A DNA stretch of 64,000 bases from positions 32,001 through 96,000 of IMG/VR virus record IMGVR_UViG_3300028197_001221, one strand, 5' to 3'. The stretch's first letter is position 1; the number at the start of each line of letters is the position of its first letter. Below the pieces are notes generated by a model. The model saw only the letters and a program-made list of their open reading frames with translations, ran no database searches and had not been told where the DNA came from. The stretch comes from a virus. Positions 1 to 10,100 of this stretch are shown here, piece after piece. The position numbers and the translations under genes were made by a program.

Positions 1-1
1 A

Positions 2-292
2 CATACTTTAACTTGGTATAGGGAACTCCAGTATATCCTACTTACTGATACTGGATTGATAAATACTGATAATTTAAATCCAGATTTTACTGCGGGAAAT
101 ATGTTCTTAGCTAGAAGACAAGTTATCAAACTAACTCATGACTGTATTCACGAAAGTTTTTTTGAAAACTATTACAGAGAAGATGGTAATGTGGAACATG
201 CTCTAGAAAGATTTTATTTTTACGTAACTACGTGTTTAAAATATAACAACTTTTTTATAGGACTAAAGGAAGAAGAGGAAGAAAATGATTAA
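2..292 (+). CDS. 5'-truncated protein with a rhamnan synthesis F (RgpF)-like C-terminal domain
   Basis: The frame is open from position 2 (HTLTWYRELQY...). FTAGNMFLARR...EDGNVEHALER resembles the F-x-AG-x-MFWAR...DG-x-x-x-HAxER signature of RgpF-like domains. Confidence 0.55.
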   Translation, partial: HTLTWYRELQYILLTDTGLINTDNLNPDFTAGNMFLARRQVIKLTHDCIHESFFENYYREDGNVEHALERFYFYVTTCLKYNNFFIGLKEEEEEND

Positions 293-743
293 CCTTGGTG
301 TTTATATGAATTCTCTTGGCGACCCTACTTTGTCTAAAGATATATTTACAGAAATTGGTCGAGGTCTTAATGAAAATCTAATAGAGGATGCTAGTATTTT
401 TTATGATCAAATTGGACATCTAGAAGACCCTGCTCCTTGTGGACTGTTTCATTCTTCTGACTTATGGAATTTTGAAGGACATCTATTAATCTTGTCTATT
501 AGTTCTGCGCTAAGAATAGTTAATATAGCTAATCACATACAGATTATACTGGGCTATGGTTGGGGGCAGAAAAATACGCTCGCTACACTAAAAATATTAG
601 AAGATAAAAAAGTAAATACAATATGTCATTCAGAAAGTTTAGCCAACGATTTTTACAGAATAAGTGGTAGACAGGCTATAGGTTATTCGCCAAACTTTAA
701 AAACACAATCAACATGATCACGGACCAATACAATGATAAATGA
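285..743 (+). CDS. Hypothetical protein, alpha/beta pattern
   Basis: 152-aa ORF overlapping both neighbours, with GAGG upstream. Confidence 0.7.
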   Translation: MINLGVYMNSLGDPTLSKDIFTEIGRGLNENLIEDASIFYDQIGHLEDPAPCGLFHSSDLWNFEGHLLILSISSALRIVNIANHIQIILGYGWGQKNTLATLKILEDKKVNTICHSESLANDFYRISGRQAIGYSPNFKNTINMITDQYNDK

Positions 744-1503
744 AAAAGAAATAGTTAAATTATATACAGATAAAAATAAAAGTACTTATGATCTTGCAAA
801 GATGTATAGTACATATCCTAATAAAATTAGACGCATACTTGTTAAGCATGGCGTACAATTAAAAACAAAAAGCGAAGCACAAAAAAATGCCCTTGTTAGT
901 GGTAAGTCTAAGCTACCAACAGAGGGTAAGCATAGGACTAAAGAAGAAAGACTAAAGATTAGTTCTGGTCTTCAAAAAAGATGGCAAAACATAGATAAAG
1001 AAACATATGAAGCACATGTTAATAGGGCTAAATTAAGATGGGTTAATATGTCTCAAGAAGAAAAAAATAACATGACTCAAGCTGCGATCAAAGCTATACA
1101 AATAGCTGGCAAAGAGGGGTCTAAGTTAGAAAAGTTTCTAAGAAATGAGTTTATGAAAAATGGTTTCAATGTACAGGTTCACACTAAGAATATTATACCA
1201 AATGAAAACTTGGAGATAGACCTGTACTTTCCCAATTTAAAGACTATAATAGAAATAGATGGGCCGTCACACTTTCTTCCAATCTGGGGGGAAGAGAAGT
1301 TGCAGAAACAAATAAAATCAGATTCTCATAAAACAGGGTTGATCTTAGGAAAGGGATTTGCTATAATAAGAGTAAAACACCTGTCAGATTCTTTGTCACT
1401 AAGTAATAGAGAAAAATTGAAAGATAGGCTTATTCAGATGTTGCGTGACATCCAAACCAAGTTTCCAAAAAAATCTCAAAGGTATATTGAAATTGAGGCA
1501 TGA
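733..1503 (+). CDS. Putative free-standing endonuclease: HTH + NUMOD3-like + DUF559/Vsr-like PD-(D/E)xK domain
   Basis: N-terminal HTH-like STYDLAKMY...KIRRIL; NUMOD3-like KHRTKEERLKIS; C-terminal SKLE...EIDLYFP...IIEIDGPSHF...GFAIIRV. Confidence 0.7.
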   Translation: MINEKEIVKLYTDKNKSTYDLAKMYSTYPNKIRRILVKHGVQLKTKSEAQKNALVSGKSKLPTEGKHRTKEERLKISSGLQKRWQNIDKETYEAHVNRAKLRWVNMSQEEKNNMTQAAIKAIQIAGKEGSKLEKFLRNEFMKNGFNVQVHTKNIIPNENLEIDLYFPNLKTIIEIDGPSHFLPIWGEEKLQKQIKSDSHKTGLILGKGFAIIRVKHLSDSLSLSNREKLKDRLIQMLRDIQTKFPKKSQRYIEIEA

Positions 1504-1513
1504 AAGGACTAAT

Positions 1514-2284
1514 ATGATTGAAACAGAAGAAAACCTTTTCGCAGGAGTAGAAGAATTGCAAACACCATCAAATACAGATACGTCAGTTAAAAATGTGCTA
1601 CTAGAAGATGCTCCATCCATGCTCTCACCAGAGTGGCATGAGTACGCTATGACGCTTTTTCAGGAAGATGAGCTGGTCAATGGTCATCCCCTCGTAACAG
1701 GGCTTAGAAGGGTTTCTGAGCTTGTTCTAGGGCCAATGTCATTTAGTGGTCCAACGTGGGTAAAACCAACTGAAAGAGACGATCATCACGGTAGAGCTAC
1801 TGTGATTTTTAGCATAGAGTTTGTTAATGGACTTAAGTGTTCTGAGGTTGCAGATTCTTGGGAAGGTAATACTGATGATATGTTCTGCGCCTTTGCTGTA
1901 GCTATTGCTAGCACAAGAGCAGAGGCTAGGGCTTTAAGAAAAGTCTTAAAGATTAAGGGCGTAGCAGCAGAAGAGCTAACAAAGAAAGATACTGCTAAGA
2001 TTGTACGTGATATATCAAAGCAGAATAATAGTAGTGCGGGCGATTATGATGATACTGGTAGAATGAGCGATGCTCAGTATAATTTTATCGACATAAAATG
2101 CAAGCAACTAAATGTAGATGGAGGAAAGTTATTTAAGGATATATTTAAAGTAGATCAGAATCGTAAGGTTTCTAAAAAAGTAGCAAGTGAAATCATTGAT
2201 GTTCTTAATGATTATCAAAAAGATAAAAGCACAATACCACATGAAATGGTGGGATATAACCAAGAATGGAGAGAGATTAAATGA
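1514..2284 (+). CDS. Putative Rad52/Sak-like single-strand annealing protein
   Basis: The ATG at 1514 follows AAGGA. Motifs GLRRV...ATV.F.I.F...AVAIASTRAEARALR, plus a C-terminal MSDAQYNFI...ASEIID helical tail typical of phage SSAPs. Confidence 0.55.
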   Translation: MIETEENLFAGVEELQTPSNTDTSVKNVLLEDAPSMLSPEWHEYAMTLFQEDELVNGHPLVTGLRRVSELVLGPMSFSGPTWVKPTERDDHHGRATVIFSIEFVNGLKCSEVADSWEGNTDDMFCAFAVAIASTRAEARALRKVLKIKGVAAEELTKKDTAKIVRDISKQNNSSAGDYDDTGRMSDAQYNFIDIKCKQLNVDGGKLFKDIFKVDQNRKVSKKVASEIIDVLNDYQKDKSTIPHEMVGYNQEWREIK

Positions 2285-2616
2285 AGTTAAATTATACAAC
2301 AGCAAATAAAAGAATTACAGCAGAGTTTGAAGCAGATACTCACAGAGAGTTGTTTACTCAAATATCAAAATTTCAAGAAATATTTGAAGAGACCAAGTGT
2401 GGCAAATGTGGTTCTGAAAATCTTAGATTTGTAGTTAGAACTGTAGACGAAAATGAATACTACGAGTTACGCTGCATAGACTGTGGAGCCAAGCTTGCGT
2501 TTGGTTCTATGAAGAAGGGTGGAGGCTTGTTCCCTAAACGTAAGGATGCTGATAATAATTGGCTACCAGACGGAGGTTGGCAAAAGTGGAATCCAAAGAC
2601 TAAGACTGTAGAATAA
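2281..2616 (+). CDS. Zinc-ribbon protein
   Basis: CGKC and CIDC pairs; the start overlaps the upstream stop. Confidence 0.75.
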   Translation: MKLNYTTANKRITAEFEADTHRELFTQISKFQEIFEETKCGKCGSENLRFVVRTVDENEYYELRCIDCGAKLAFGSMKKGGGLFPKRKDADNNWLPDGGWQKWNPKTKTVE

Positions 2617-2646
2617 AGATATAGGAAACTCTTTTATTCTTTCAGC

Positions 2647-2676
2647 AGGAGAGGGGTGAGAAATCGCCCCTCTCTT
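2647..2676 (+). terminator. Hairpin between convergent transcription units, probable terminator
   Basis: AGGAGAGGGGTGA-GAAA-TCGCCCCTCTCTT forms a 13-bp stem (2 G-U pairs) with a GAAA loop. The U-tract is weak. Confidence 0.65.
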
Positions 2677-2677
2677 C

Positions 2678-3439
2678 TTATAGATACTCTACGCTAAAGT
2701 ATAATGCATAATCTTCAGCGCTACCAATGGCAGTAGGCTTTGCGCTTATAGCAAGATACCAATCGTGTCGTAACGATCTATGCGTACTACCTTCTTGACT
2801 GAAATCAGTGAGGTGACTTAGCGATGCGTCACTTGAATTTGTGTTCAGACCGCTAACGCCCGGAGACTCAGTAAGATAAAAATCTTCAAGAGGTTTAACA
2901 TCTAATCCTTGATTCTCTGAATTGTTTGCATAGCCTTGTTCAAACACAAACCACTGATCGAAGGCCCATACAGTGCTTCGATGAAGCATTTTGTGACCAT
3001 TGCCAAAACTGCCAGTTCTATTTCTCACATCGTATACATAAGTTGTAACACCGGATGCATGATTATTAATATTATTTCTGTCAAAAATTCTTAATTTTGG
3101 ATTCTTAGTCATAACCCGTGTGTCGTGTGTAAACCTAATATTCAAAGGGGCTGCATATGAAGGCAAGTTGTCGAGTGTATATTCTGAGCCGGGAGCTAGA
3201 TTAGATTGAACAGACCCCGGCCTAGCCAGCTGAGAACCAACAAATTTAGTATTATTAACAGCAGTGCCTTCAGCTGTTCCATTTTGATTTGTGACAAATG
3301 TTGTATCTTGAGTGTTGGTAAGAGCAACAGAAATGCCATGAGCTGATCCATAAAATCCTAGACCACTACCAGTAGTGTGATTAATTAATGTCGATGTTTC
3401 TGCGGCATCAACATTAGCATAAAATTTTATCTCTGCCAT
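2678..3439 (-). CDS. Putative virion protein, last gene of the late operon
   Basis: Start reassigned to MAEIKFY (ATG at 3439, AGGAG upstream, own GTGTATA motif). Beta-rich and G/S/T/N-rich. Confidence 0.7.
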   Translation of the reverse strand: MAEIKFYANVDAAETSTLINHTTGSGLGFYGSAHGISVALTNTQDTTFVTNQNGTAEGTAVNNTKFVGSQLARPGSVQSNLAPGSEYTLDNLPSYAAPLNIRFTHDTRVMTKNPKLRIFDRNNINNHASGVTTYVYDVRNRTGSFGNGHKMLHRSTVWAFDQWFVFEQGYANNSENQGLDVKPLEDFYLTESPGVSGLNTNSSDASLSHLTDFSQEGSTHRSLRHDWYLAISAKPTAIGSAEDYALYFSVEYL

Positions 3440-3470
3440 TATAAGAATCTCCTGTTTTTGGGGGCTGTCT

Positions 3471-3483
3471 GTAATATATACAC
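3471..3483 (-). promoter_or_regulatory. Putative late promoter GTGTATATATTAC
   Basis: GTGTATA in an intergenic gap; it recurs in three other gaps. Confidence 0.6.
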
Positions 3484-3488
3484 GAAAA

Positions 3489-4997
3489 TTAGTTAATCTC
3501 AATCGTAATATGTCGAATTGCCTGTGTAACAGCCGTTTGCTGACCAAATCCCTGTTGTCGAGGATTTATGCCAGCATCGCTGTGGAAGTAGAAAAATATG
3601 TCATAAGCTCCCGGTAATGGAGCATCCTCATTGGGAATAACTGCTAGATTAGAAGTTTTTGTACCCTCTCTAACGCCGGTTGTGCCGTCTGCTCTAATAC
3701 TTAATCTCTTGATATATGCTCTTTGTATCGGACCTTCTAAAGTAATGTTTTCATAAATTAAACCTTCCTTCCAAGTTATTTTACAAGCTTTAGTTGCAGA
3801 GGCTGACTTGAAGTTAAGAGAAAATCCAGAATCTCCAGAAAAAACCAATGGATCAAGCTTGCCTCTTTTGTCATCTATTATTTTAATATGACTGACTTCG
3901 CCCTCTCCTGACACACTGGTAACTTCTAGTTCTATGCCATATTCAGCGCTTGTTAGTTTATCTCCAACAACAAATCCTTTACCTTCTCTTACTACCTTGT
4001 ACTTATCGTTAATTCCGCAAGACTTAACCGCAAACTCAAAACCATTAGTAACTAATTGTCCCCTTAATCCTGTGTTCTCTGTCATTGATGTAGAAGTCTC
4101 TTCAGCATTGTCTTTAGTAACAACAAAACCTACTTCTTTATTTACTTCATTTACATCCAAATTTGTTCCATCAAAATCTGGCGTAAGATGTAGTGGGCAA
4201 AAATATTGCCCAAGCATGAGCGTACATGATTCGGGCCAAGCGTCCCAAACTTGAGAATGAAGACAGGCAGTTCCAAAGCTATGCAATCCGTTTTCTGAAG
4301 ATCCCCAAGCAGGATAATATCTTGTTTGTGGTTGTACATAATTATTTGTGCCAATATTGAGGCCACCTATTGTACTGACAACGGGTTGAGAGAAACCAAA
4401 GCTAGTTACCGTACCAACCATTCCTATGCTTTCATCGGTTGTTACATTGATTGTTCCACCGGCAGGAACATAAACTCTTATGCGAGAAGCAATAATTCCT
4501 ACACAATTAGATCCATCGCCAGCTGGTGATCCAGTGTTTTCAAAAGCAGACCAAACACCTAGAGGACTAGAAAGAGCCTCTTTAGTGCAATACAAATCAT
4601 ATTTATGCCCCACTCCACCCTCGTTAGCCTCGGTGTATACGGTTCCCGCAGAGGGCGTTCCCAGTGTAGCTACTGCACCATTTCTTGAACCAAAACCACT
4701 AGATCCTGAAAAAGAACCTGTGGGCGTTCCGTAAGATTTGGCATCTACGGCTAACGTCTGAGAGTGATCTTTAAAAAATCTACAAGTTAATACTCTATTA
4801 AAATATTGGCTAGCTACTGGCATGTTTGAAGCAACAGCATTATTATCATGTATTCCAACAAACTCTGGACCAATTGGTATAAAACTCACTCTGTTAGGAT
4901 TAGCAGGTCTATATCCAAACGTTGATGAAGACTGTCTGTACCTTCCAGATATTAATTCGCTACCATTAGCCCATCTAGGATAGATTTTACTTGACAA
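3489..4997 (-). CDS. Putative tail/baseplate-associated structural protein
   Basis: 502 aa, TTG start after AAGGAG; located downstream of the hub-like gene. Confidence 0.65.
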   Translation of the reverse strand: MSSKIYPRWANGSELISGRYRQSSSTFGYRPANPNRVSFIPIGPEFVGIHDNNAVASNMPVASQYFNRVLTCRFFKDHSQTLAVDAKSYGTPTGSFSGSSGFGSRNGAVATLGTPSAGTVYTEANEGGVGHKYDLYCTKEALSSPLGVWSAFENTGSPAGDGSNCVGIIASRIRVYVPAGGTINVTTDESIGMVGTVTSFGFSQPVVSTIGGLNIGTNNYVQPQTRYYPAWGSSENGLHSFGTACLHSQVWDAWPESCTLMLGQYFCPLHLTPDFDGTNLDVNEVNKEVGFVVTKDNAEETSTSMTENTGLRGQLVTNGFEFAVKSCGINDKYKVVREGKGFVVGDKLTSAEYGIELEVTSVSGEGEVSHIKIIDDKRGKLDPLVFSGDSGFSLNFKSASATKACKITWKEGLIYENITLEGPIQRAYIKRLSIRADGTTGVREGTKTSNLAVIPNEDAPLPGAYDIFFYFHSDAGINPRQQGFGQQTAVTQAIRHITIEIN

Positions 4998-5019
4998 TGT
5001 TTATCTCCTTTAATAAGTT

Positions 5020-7122
5020 TTAAGAACTTGGTGGGTGTGGTGTAGCTTGAGTTGGAGCTGGGGATGGACCAACCGTTGATCCCACAACAGGCGTGACGTT
5101 TGGTGGTCGCGGCCCAACTGTTGGCAGGGTGGTAGGAGCCACAGTAGGTACAGTAGGCGCAGGTGACGGCGATGGTGACGGAGTCGGTGATACCGATGGA
5201 CTTGCTGATGGGGTTGGTGATACTGACGGGGTTGAACTTGATGATGATGATGATGATGATGACGACGATGATGACGATGAGGATGAGGATGAGGATGCTG
5301 TGGATGCTGTCGATGATGACGAAGATGAAGACGAAGATGAAGACGAAGAAGATGAAGTAGTAGCCTCAGAAATTTGGGGAGCTTGTATACCTTGAATAAA
5401 ACTACCCGCACCACCGTCTATGGAATCAGTCCAAAAAGCATACCCAAAAGCACCGCCTTCTTCACTATCTCCGCTGCTGTCATCACCTTGATCGCTGGCG
5501 CTCGCTATTCCCGTAAGTTCTGGTTTATCACCTTTAACAATCCTGCTTTCAACAATCTTGAGAAGTTCAGTACGCATAGAAGGACCAATCTTATTACAAC
5601 CCTTGGCAATTGATATTGTGTCTTCTAGAGGTGATGTCCAAGAAGTGGTAGCGTCAGGATAATCACCAGATATACCAATGTCTGCTGGTACGTTAAAACT
5701 TCCCGTCATAGTATTATAACCTTCAGGAAAAGATGGACCCCACCAAATCCCAAACTCATCAAAATCATCAAACCTGCTGCCTCCTCCTTCTAGACTAACT
5801 TCAACATTACATCTGTGTATAAAACCGTCTTCGCCTCCAAAACCTCCCCAACTAGATTTAGCCAAGTCAAAACTAGAGAGTTGTGCGTAAGGATTGAATT
5901 TTACTGTTGCAGCAGAATCATTATTCCATCTCTTTTTTATGTTAGCTAAAGCCATAGCGGGTGTCACTCTGCCGTAGGGGTCTGTTTTGTCTCGAAAAAA
6001 TTCGTCAGAGCTTGTTGTATACATCCAAAATGTCCAAGCTCCTAAACCTATAGCTCTTGTAGCCTGCACTGGTAGCTCTTGCTTTTCTAAGAACTTTTGT
6101 ATTATCCACTCTCCATCAATATGTGTACATAAAACTAAGAGACCAGCTTTAAATTCAATATCACTTCTATTAACAACTCTTATAGCTTCTAGTTTCTTTT
6201 TTTGACTACTCTCAGTAACGGCTTCTCCATCTTCATTAGTCTCGTCGGTGTCATTCTGTTGAGTTCCCGGTATTTGAATTAAATTAGGACCAAAAGCATT
6301 TGGATTACCAGATTTTACACTAAATGGAACTGCCAATCCAGTTGTAAAAGAAGAGTTATAATAATCACCACTAGTCGCATAAAAATCTCCGTCTGAATAA
6401 CCTGCTTCTAATTCCGTTTCGGTAATATTAAAATCGTCAACAGCTGCGGCCTGAACGTCTGTTATTAGTCTAGCTAATATTGGAGCGTTACTTTCAAAGC
6501 AACCAATAGATTCATTATAATGTATTTTTAGGGGAGCTGTTACCGCATGATTTTCGTCAATGTATCTATGTTGGATATCAATATAGGTTCCAACATGATT
6601 GCTACGATGTTCTTTTTGAGTATATCCATAAGAATACATGCCTCCAGTGCTTCTTCTAGGATTGTCTGTTATTAAAGGCGCTCCTTTTTCAGTTAAAACT
6701 CTAGAGTTACTATGAGTTCCAATGTCAAAGACATAGCACTTAACATCTCCAAAGTCAACGCAACCTCCAACGCTTTTCATTATGTCTAGCAATTGTCCAA
6801 ATTCTTGTTCATTATCAAAAGTATCATTATATGTTTCAAAGTTTTTTAATTGAGCAACTAAAACAGAGGAGCTGATAGTCCCATATACATATTCATCTCC
6901 ATTCCAATAACTGTAAGATCCAGAATCATCTCCACCACCATAAAGGACAGGATTATTGGAATTAGGATTAGGCGCACCACACTGTTTAGAAAATTCAGTT
7001 GTTTTAAATTCTAGAAAACCATCAACTGAAAAAGCACCCACTCCTTGATTTACAAGTTTTGAGTCTGAAAAAACAAATACATGATTATCGCCACTTTTTG
7101 AAAAAATGTTTCCTGAATTCAC
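5020..7122 (-). CDS. Putative virion protein with a C-terminal poly-Ser and Pro/Thr-rich tail
   Basis: Likely GTG start at 7122 after GGAGG, overlapping the upstream TGA. About 700 aa. Confidence 0.7.
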   Translation of the reverse strand: MNSGNIFSKSGDNHVFVFSDSKLVNQGVGAFSVDGFLEFKTTEFSKQCGAPNPNSNNPVLYGGGDDSGSYSYWNGDEYVYGTISSSVLVAQLKNFETYNDTFDNEQEFGQLLDIMKSVGGCVDFGDVKCYVFDIGTHSNSRVLTEKGAPLITDNPRRSTGGMYSYGYTQKEHRSNHVGTYIDIQHRYIDENHAVTAPLKIHYNESIGCFESNAPILARLITDVQAAAVDDFNITETELEAGYSDGDFYATSGDYYNSSFTTGLAVPFSVKSGNPNAFGPNLIQIPGTQQNDTDETNEDGEAVTESSQKKKLEAIRVVNRSDIEFKAGLLVLCTHIDGEWIIQKFLEKQELPVQATRAIGLGAWTFWMYTTSSDEFFRDKTDPYGRVTPAMALANIKKRWNNDSAATVKFNPYAQLSSFDLAKSSWGGFGGEDGFIHRCNVEVSLEGGGSRFDDFDEFGIWWGPSFPEGYNTMTGSFNVPADIGISGDYPDATTSWTSPLEDTISIAKGCNKIGPSMRTELLKIVESRIVKGDKPELTGIASASDQGDDSSGDSEEGGAFGYAFWTDSIDGGAGSFIQGIQAPQISEATTSSSSSSSSSSSSSSSTASTASSSSSSSSSSSSSSSSSSSSSTPSVSPTPSASPSVSPTPSPSPSPAPTVPTVAPTTLPTVGPRPPNVTPVVGSTVGPSPAPTQATPHPPSS
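5030..5362 (-). repeat. Low-complexity trinucleotide tract encoding poly-Ser and (SPTP/SP)n
   Basis: (GAT)n, (GATGAG)n and GAAGATGAAGAC repeats on the + strand. Confidence 0.9.
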
Positions 7123-10100
7123 GACATCCTCCAATATGTAATTTGTTCCGTTGTGTAATCATCTTCAAATTCATAAAAATGTAAATTAGTTTTAAAATTT
7201 GTAGGATTTTTACTAGCCATGTTTTTATGTGGCTCTAGTGATGCTGGCTGTTTAAAATCTTCTAAAGAACACTGCACACTATTATAGTATTGACGAGATA
7301 AATTTTCAGTAGAATTTGCTAATTTTGGCAATCCAGCTTCTAAATCTTCACCACTTAAAACAGATGAACTGAACTGATTATTAGAATATACTCCTCCCGT
7401 AGATGGATTCTGGTCAGTTTTAGGACTAACACTAACCGTGAATTTATTAGGAGGAACAGCACTGGCTTGACTTTCTGCATTAGAAAAGTCTTTACCCATA
7501 GACATATAAGTGTCTCTAATAGTTTGTTGTATCTGATGGTAGTTTTGATTAGTTGAATTTTTACCCATATCTTTTCTTTCTAAAGCGTTCCTTTCATCTT
7601 CTAATTTTTGAGTAAGCCTTCCTATTCTAGATATTTTTTCTTGTTTAGATTTTAACATCTTGCCAAAAGATGCTGTAAACAAATCCATTTTATAAATGGT
7701 CTGTATTCCACCAGTACTAACATCTACATTTATGGAAGTAATTAAAGGACCGCCCTCACCCTCTAAGGGTTCACCTAGCATGTATCCACCCAGTGGGCCA
7801 CTAGCGAAAGTAATAGAACCTCTTTCAGATGTTATTTGATAAGAAGAGCCGAGTGTTGCTATAGTAGATCCAGCACTATTCATGTTTAGATATCCACCAT
7901 AATTCCAAGGCACTAAGCTTTCATCTTTTACAAATTCAACATTACCACCAATGTCACCATCTGGATTATCAATCGCATTATTCGTCAGCCAAGGCCCATA
8001 AGAATCGTTATGAGCTAATGGTATAGATGTTCTGTCTGGATAAACTGGAGATGGAGAAAATGTTCTTATTTTATTAGGAAGACTATATGTTAAATTTGAC
8101 ATACTTTTATTTATAGCTTTGTCAAAATTATCATTATTTAAAACTTCATCTGGCGCATCATCAGCAACTCCAAAATTTAACTTTTTTGTTGACCCAGTTT
8201 GGGCAGCGCCCGGTGACGAAAAAAGTGGAGTAACATCTGCCTGTAAAGCATGTTTTAATCCTAAGTTGCTATGCTCTTCGCAATTTCTATAAGCACTACT
8301 TCTAGTTGAAGCGACCCTAGAAGGTAGCGTTATCAAAGCATACACATTGTCAAGATTATACCTAAAATTTGGTTGAACCCGCTGATCTGTATGTAAATAA
8401 TCTAAGTTCATACAACTTGAAGTTATTGAACCCATCTGCTCTGATGTAACTGAGTATACAGTTTCCTCGGCAGGCTGATAGCTTTTTGTTTCACCCGTTT
8501 TAGCATCTACATATTTTATTGGTCTTCTTTCGTAAGACGAACTATCATAACCGCCGTAATAGGATCTGGCTACATCAGCACCAAACTCTGGAGTCATGTA
8601 AAATTTATTATCTAAAGTGCATTTAACAAACGCTGTACTTTGCTGACCCTCTTTAGGTTTGGCATAAAGGTTTGAGTATGAAGCAGTAATAGTATTATTT
8701 GTATCACTAGTATTGTCAAAACCAACAAAATCACTTTCATATTCTCCAGTTGCAGAATTGAAAATTTCTTGTGTAAAAGTATCTTTTGAAAAACCACTAA
8801 AATCTAAGTCTTGACTGTTATCAAATCTAGCGTAACAGAGAATTCTACCACTACTGCCTGATATAGATTTCATGTCATTAGGCAGTATGTGTATTTTATT
8901 TAAATTTGTCATTGTGTCCCTAGGAGGATAACCACCAAGGGGTTCTGGATTATAATTATATTTAAATTGATTTGTTACAGGGTCTTTGTTAACCTTTAAC
9001 TTTAAATCTGATGGAAAAGTAAAATTTCTCTCGCCCGATTCTCCTGAATATGACGACAATGAAGAAAAATCATTTTCACGGTCTTGCGCACTGGTTTGCG
9101 GAAGTCGTATTAAAAACTTTTTACCTAAACACTCTCTAGCTATACTGTTAACAAAATTATAAACACGTTGAGCATTAGCTACTCCTCTTTTTCCTACCGC
9201 TTGAGCTTGAGCGTTATACGCTATAGCAGTTTCATTTGCGTGTTCTATGAATGAAAAATTACCGCTCTTTAAAGCGTTCTTTATTTTTTTATAAAAATCT
9301 TTTTCTTGCTGAGTTAAAAAGCTAGTGTTCATATCTTCTAACCTGTCCAACGCAGCATCTATCATTACAGAGGTTCTGCCAGTTTCTCCATTGGCAACAC
9401 CTCCAGTTATACTCATAATTTTAGTATTAAAAGCTTGAGACGACACAACGCTACCAGCAGCAAAACCTATAGAAGAAGCTCTTCTGTAATACAGTGGAAA
9501 CCCATAAGGTGGATGACAAGGATTTTTACCAATTCCACCTAAGAAAGCATTTTCTTTATTAATTGGTGGAATTGCACATCTTGGAACTGTTACTTTGTAT
9601 GAAGATTCTCCATCAGCATAAGTCTTAATGTCGCCATCAGATATTGGTTCCATCCATAGTTGTTCGTAATATAATAAAAAACTTCTCCAAGTTTGATAAT
9701 CTTTTAAGGCGGCTCTCATTTCCATCTCTGTAGCAATGTAATAGTTACCAACACCTTCAGCGTAAAAACCAGTTGCATCCAACATTATTTGTTGATAATC
9801 TCCATCACCCACTGGAACAGTAACGCCTCTATTATTTATTAATCCATAATAAGGCATTATGTTAGAATTCAAAAGATTGTCAGGTTTCCAAGTTTGCATA
9901 TTGTCGATAGCGTTTCTTTCAACACTACCGTGTTTAACAGTATGATTTTCTACCACGTTGCCACCAACAACAAATTTGTCAGTCGTGCTATTATTAACTT
10001 CATATCCTAAGTCACTAGATTTAACGGCTACACTTAATGATTCTAAATAAGTTATAAACTTTCTTATAGAATTTAAGTTATAAGGAACGCTTCTGTCTTG

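Noticed and set aside
1445-1513. Longer N-terminus for the annealing protein, and likewise 3440-3547 for the last late gene
   Set aside because: Both extensions overlap upstream genes, and the downstream ATGs have clear SD sequences.
5010-5414. Poly-His, poly-Asp and poly-Met ORFs in alternative frames
   Set aside because: These are shadows of the poly-Ser trinucleotide tract in the real gene.
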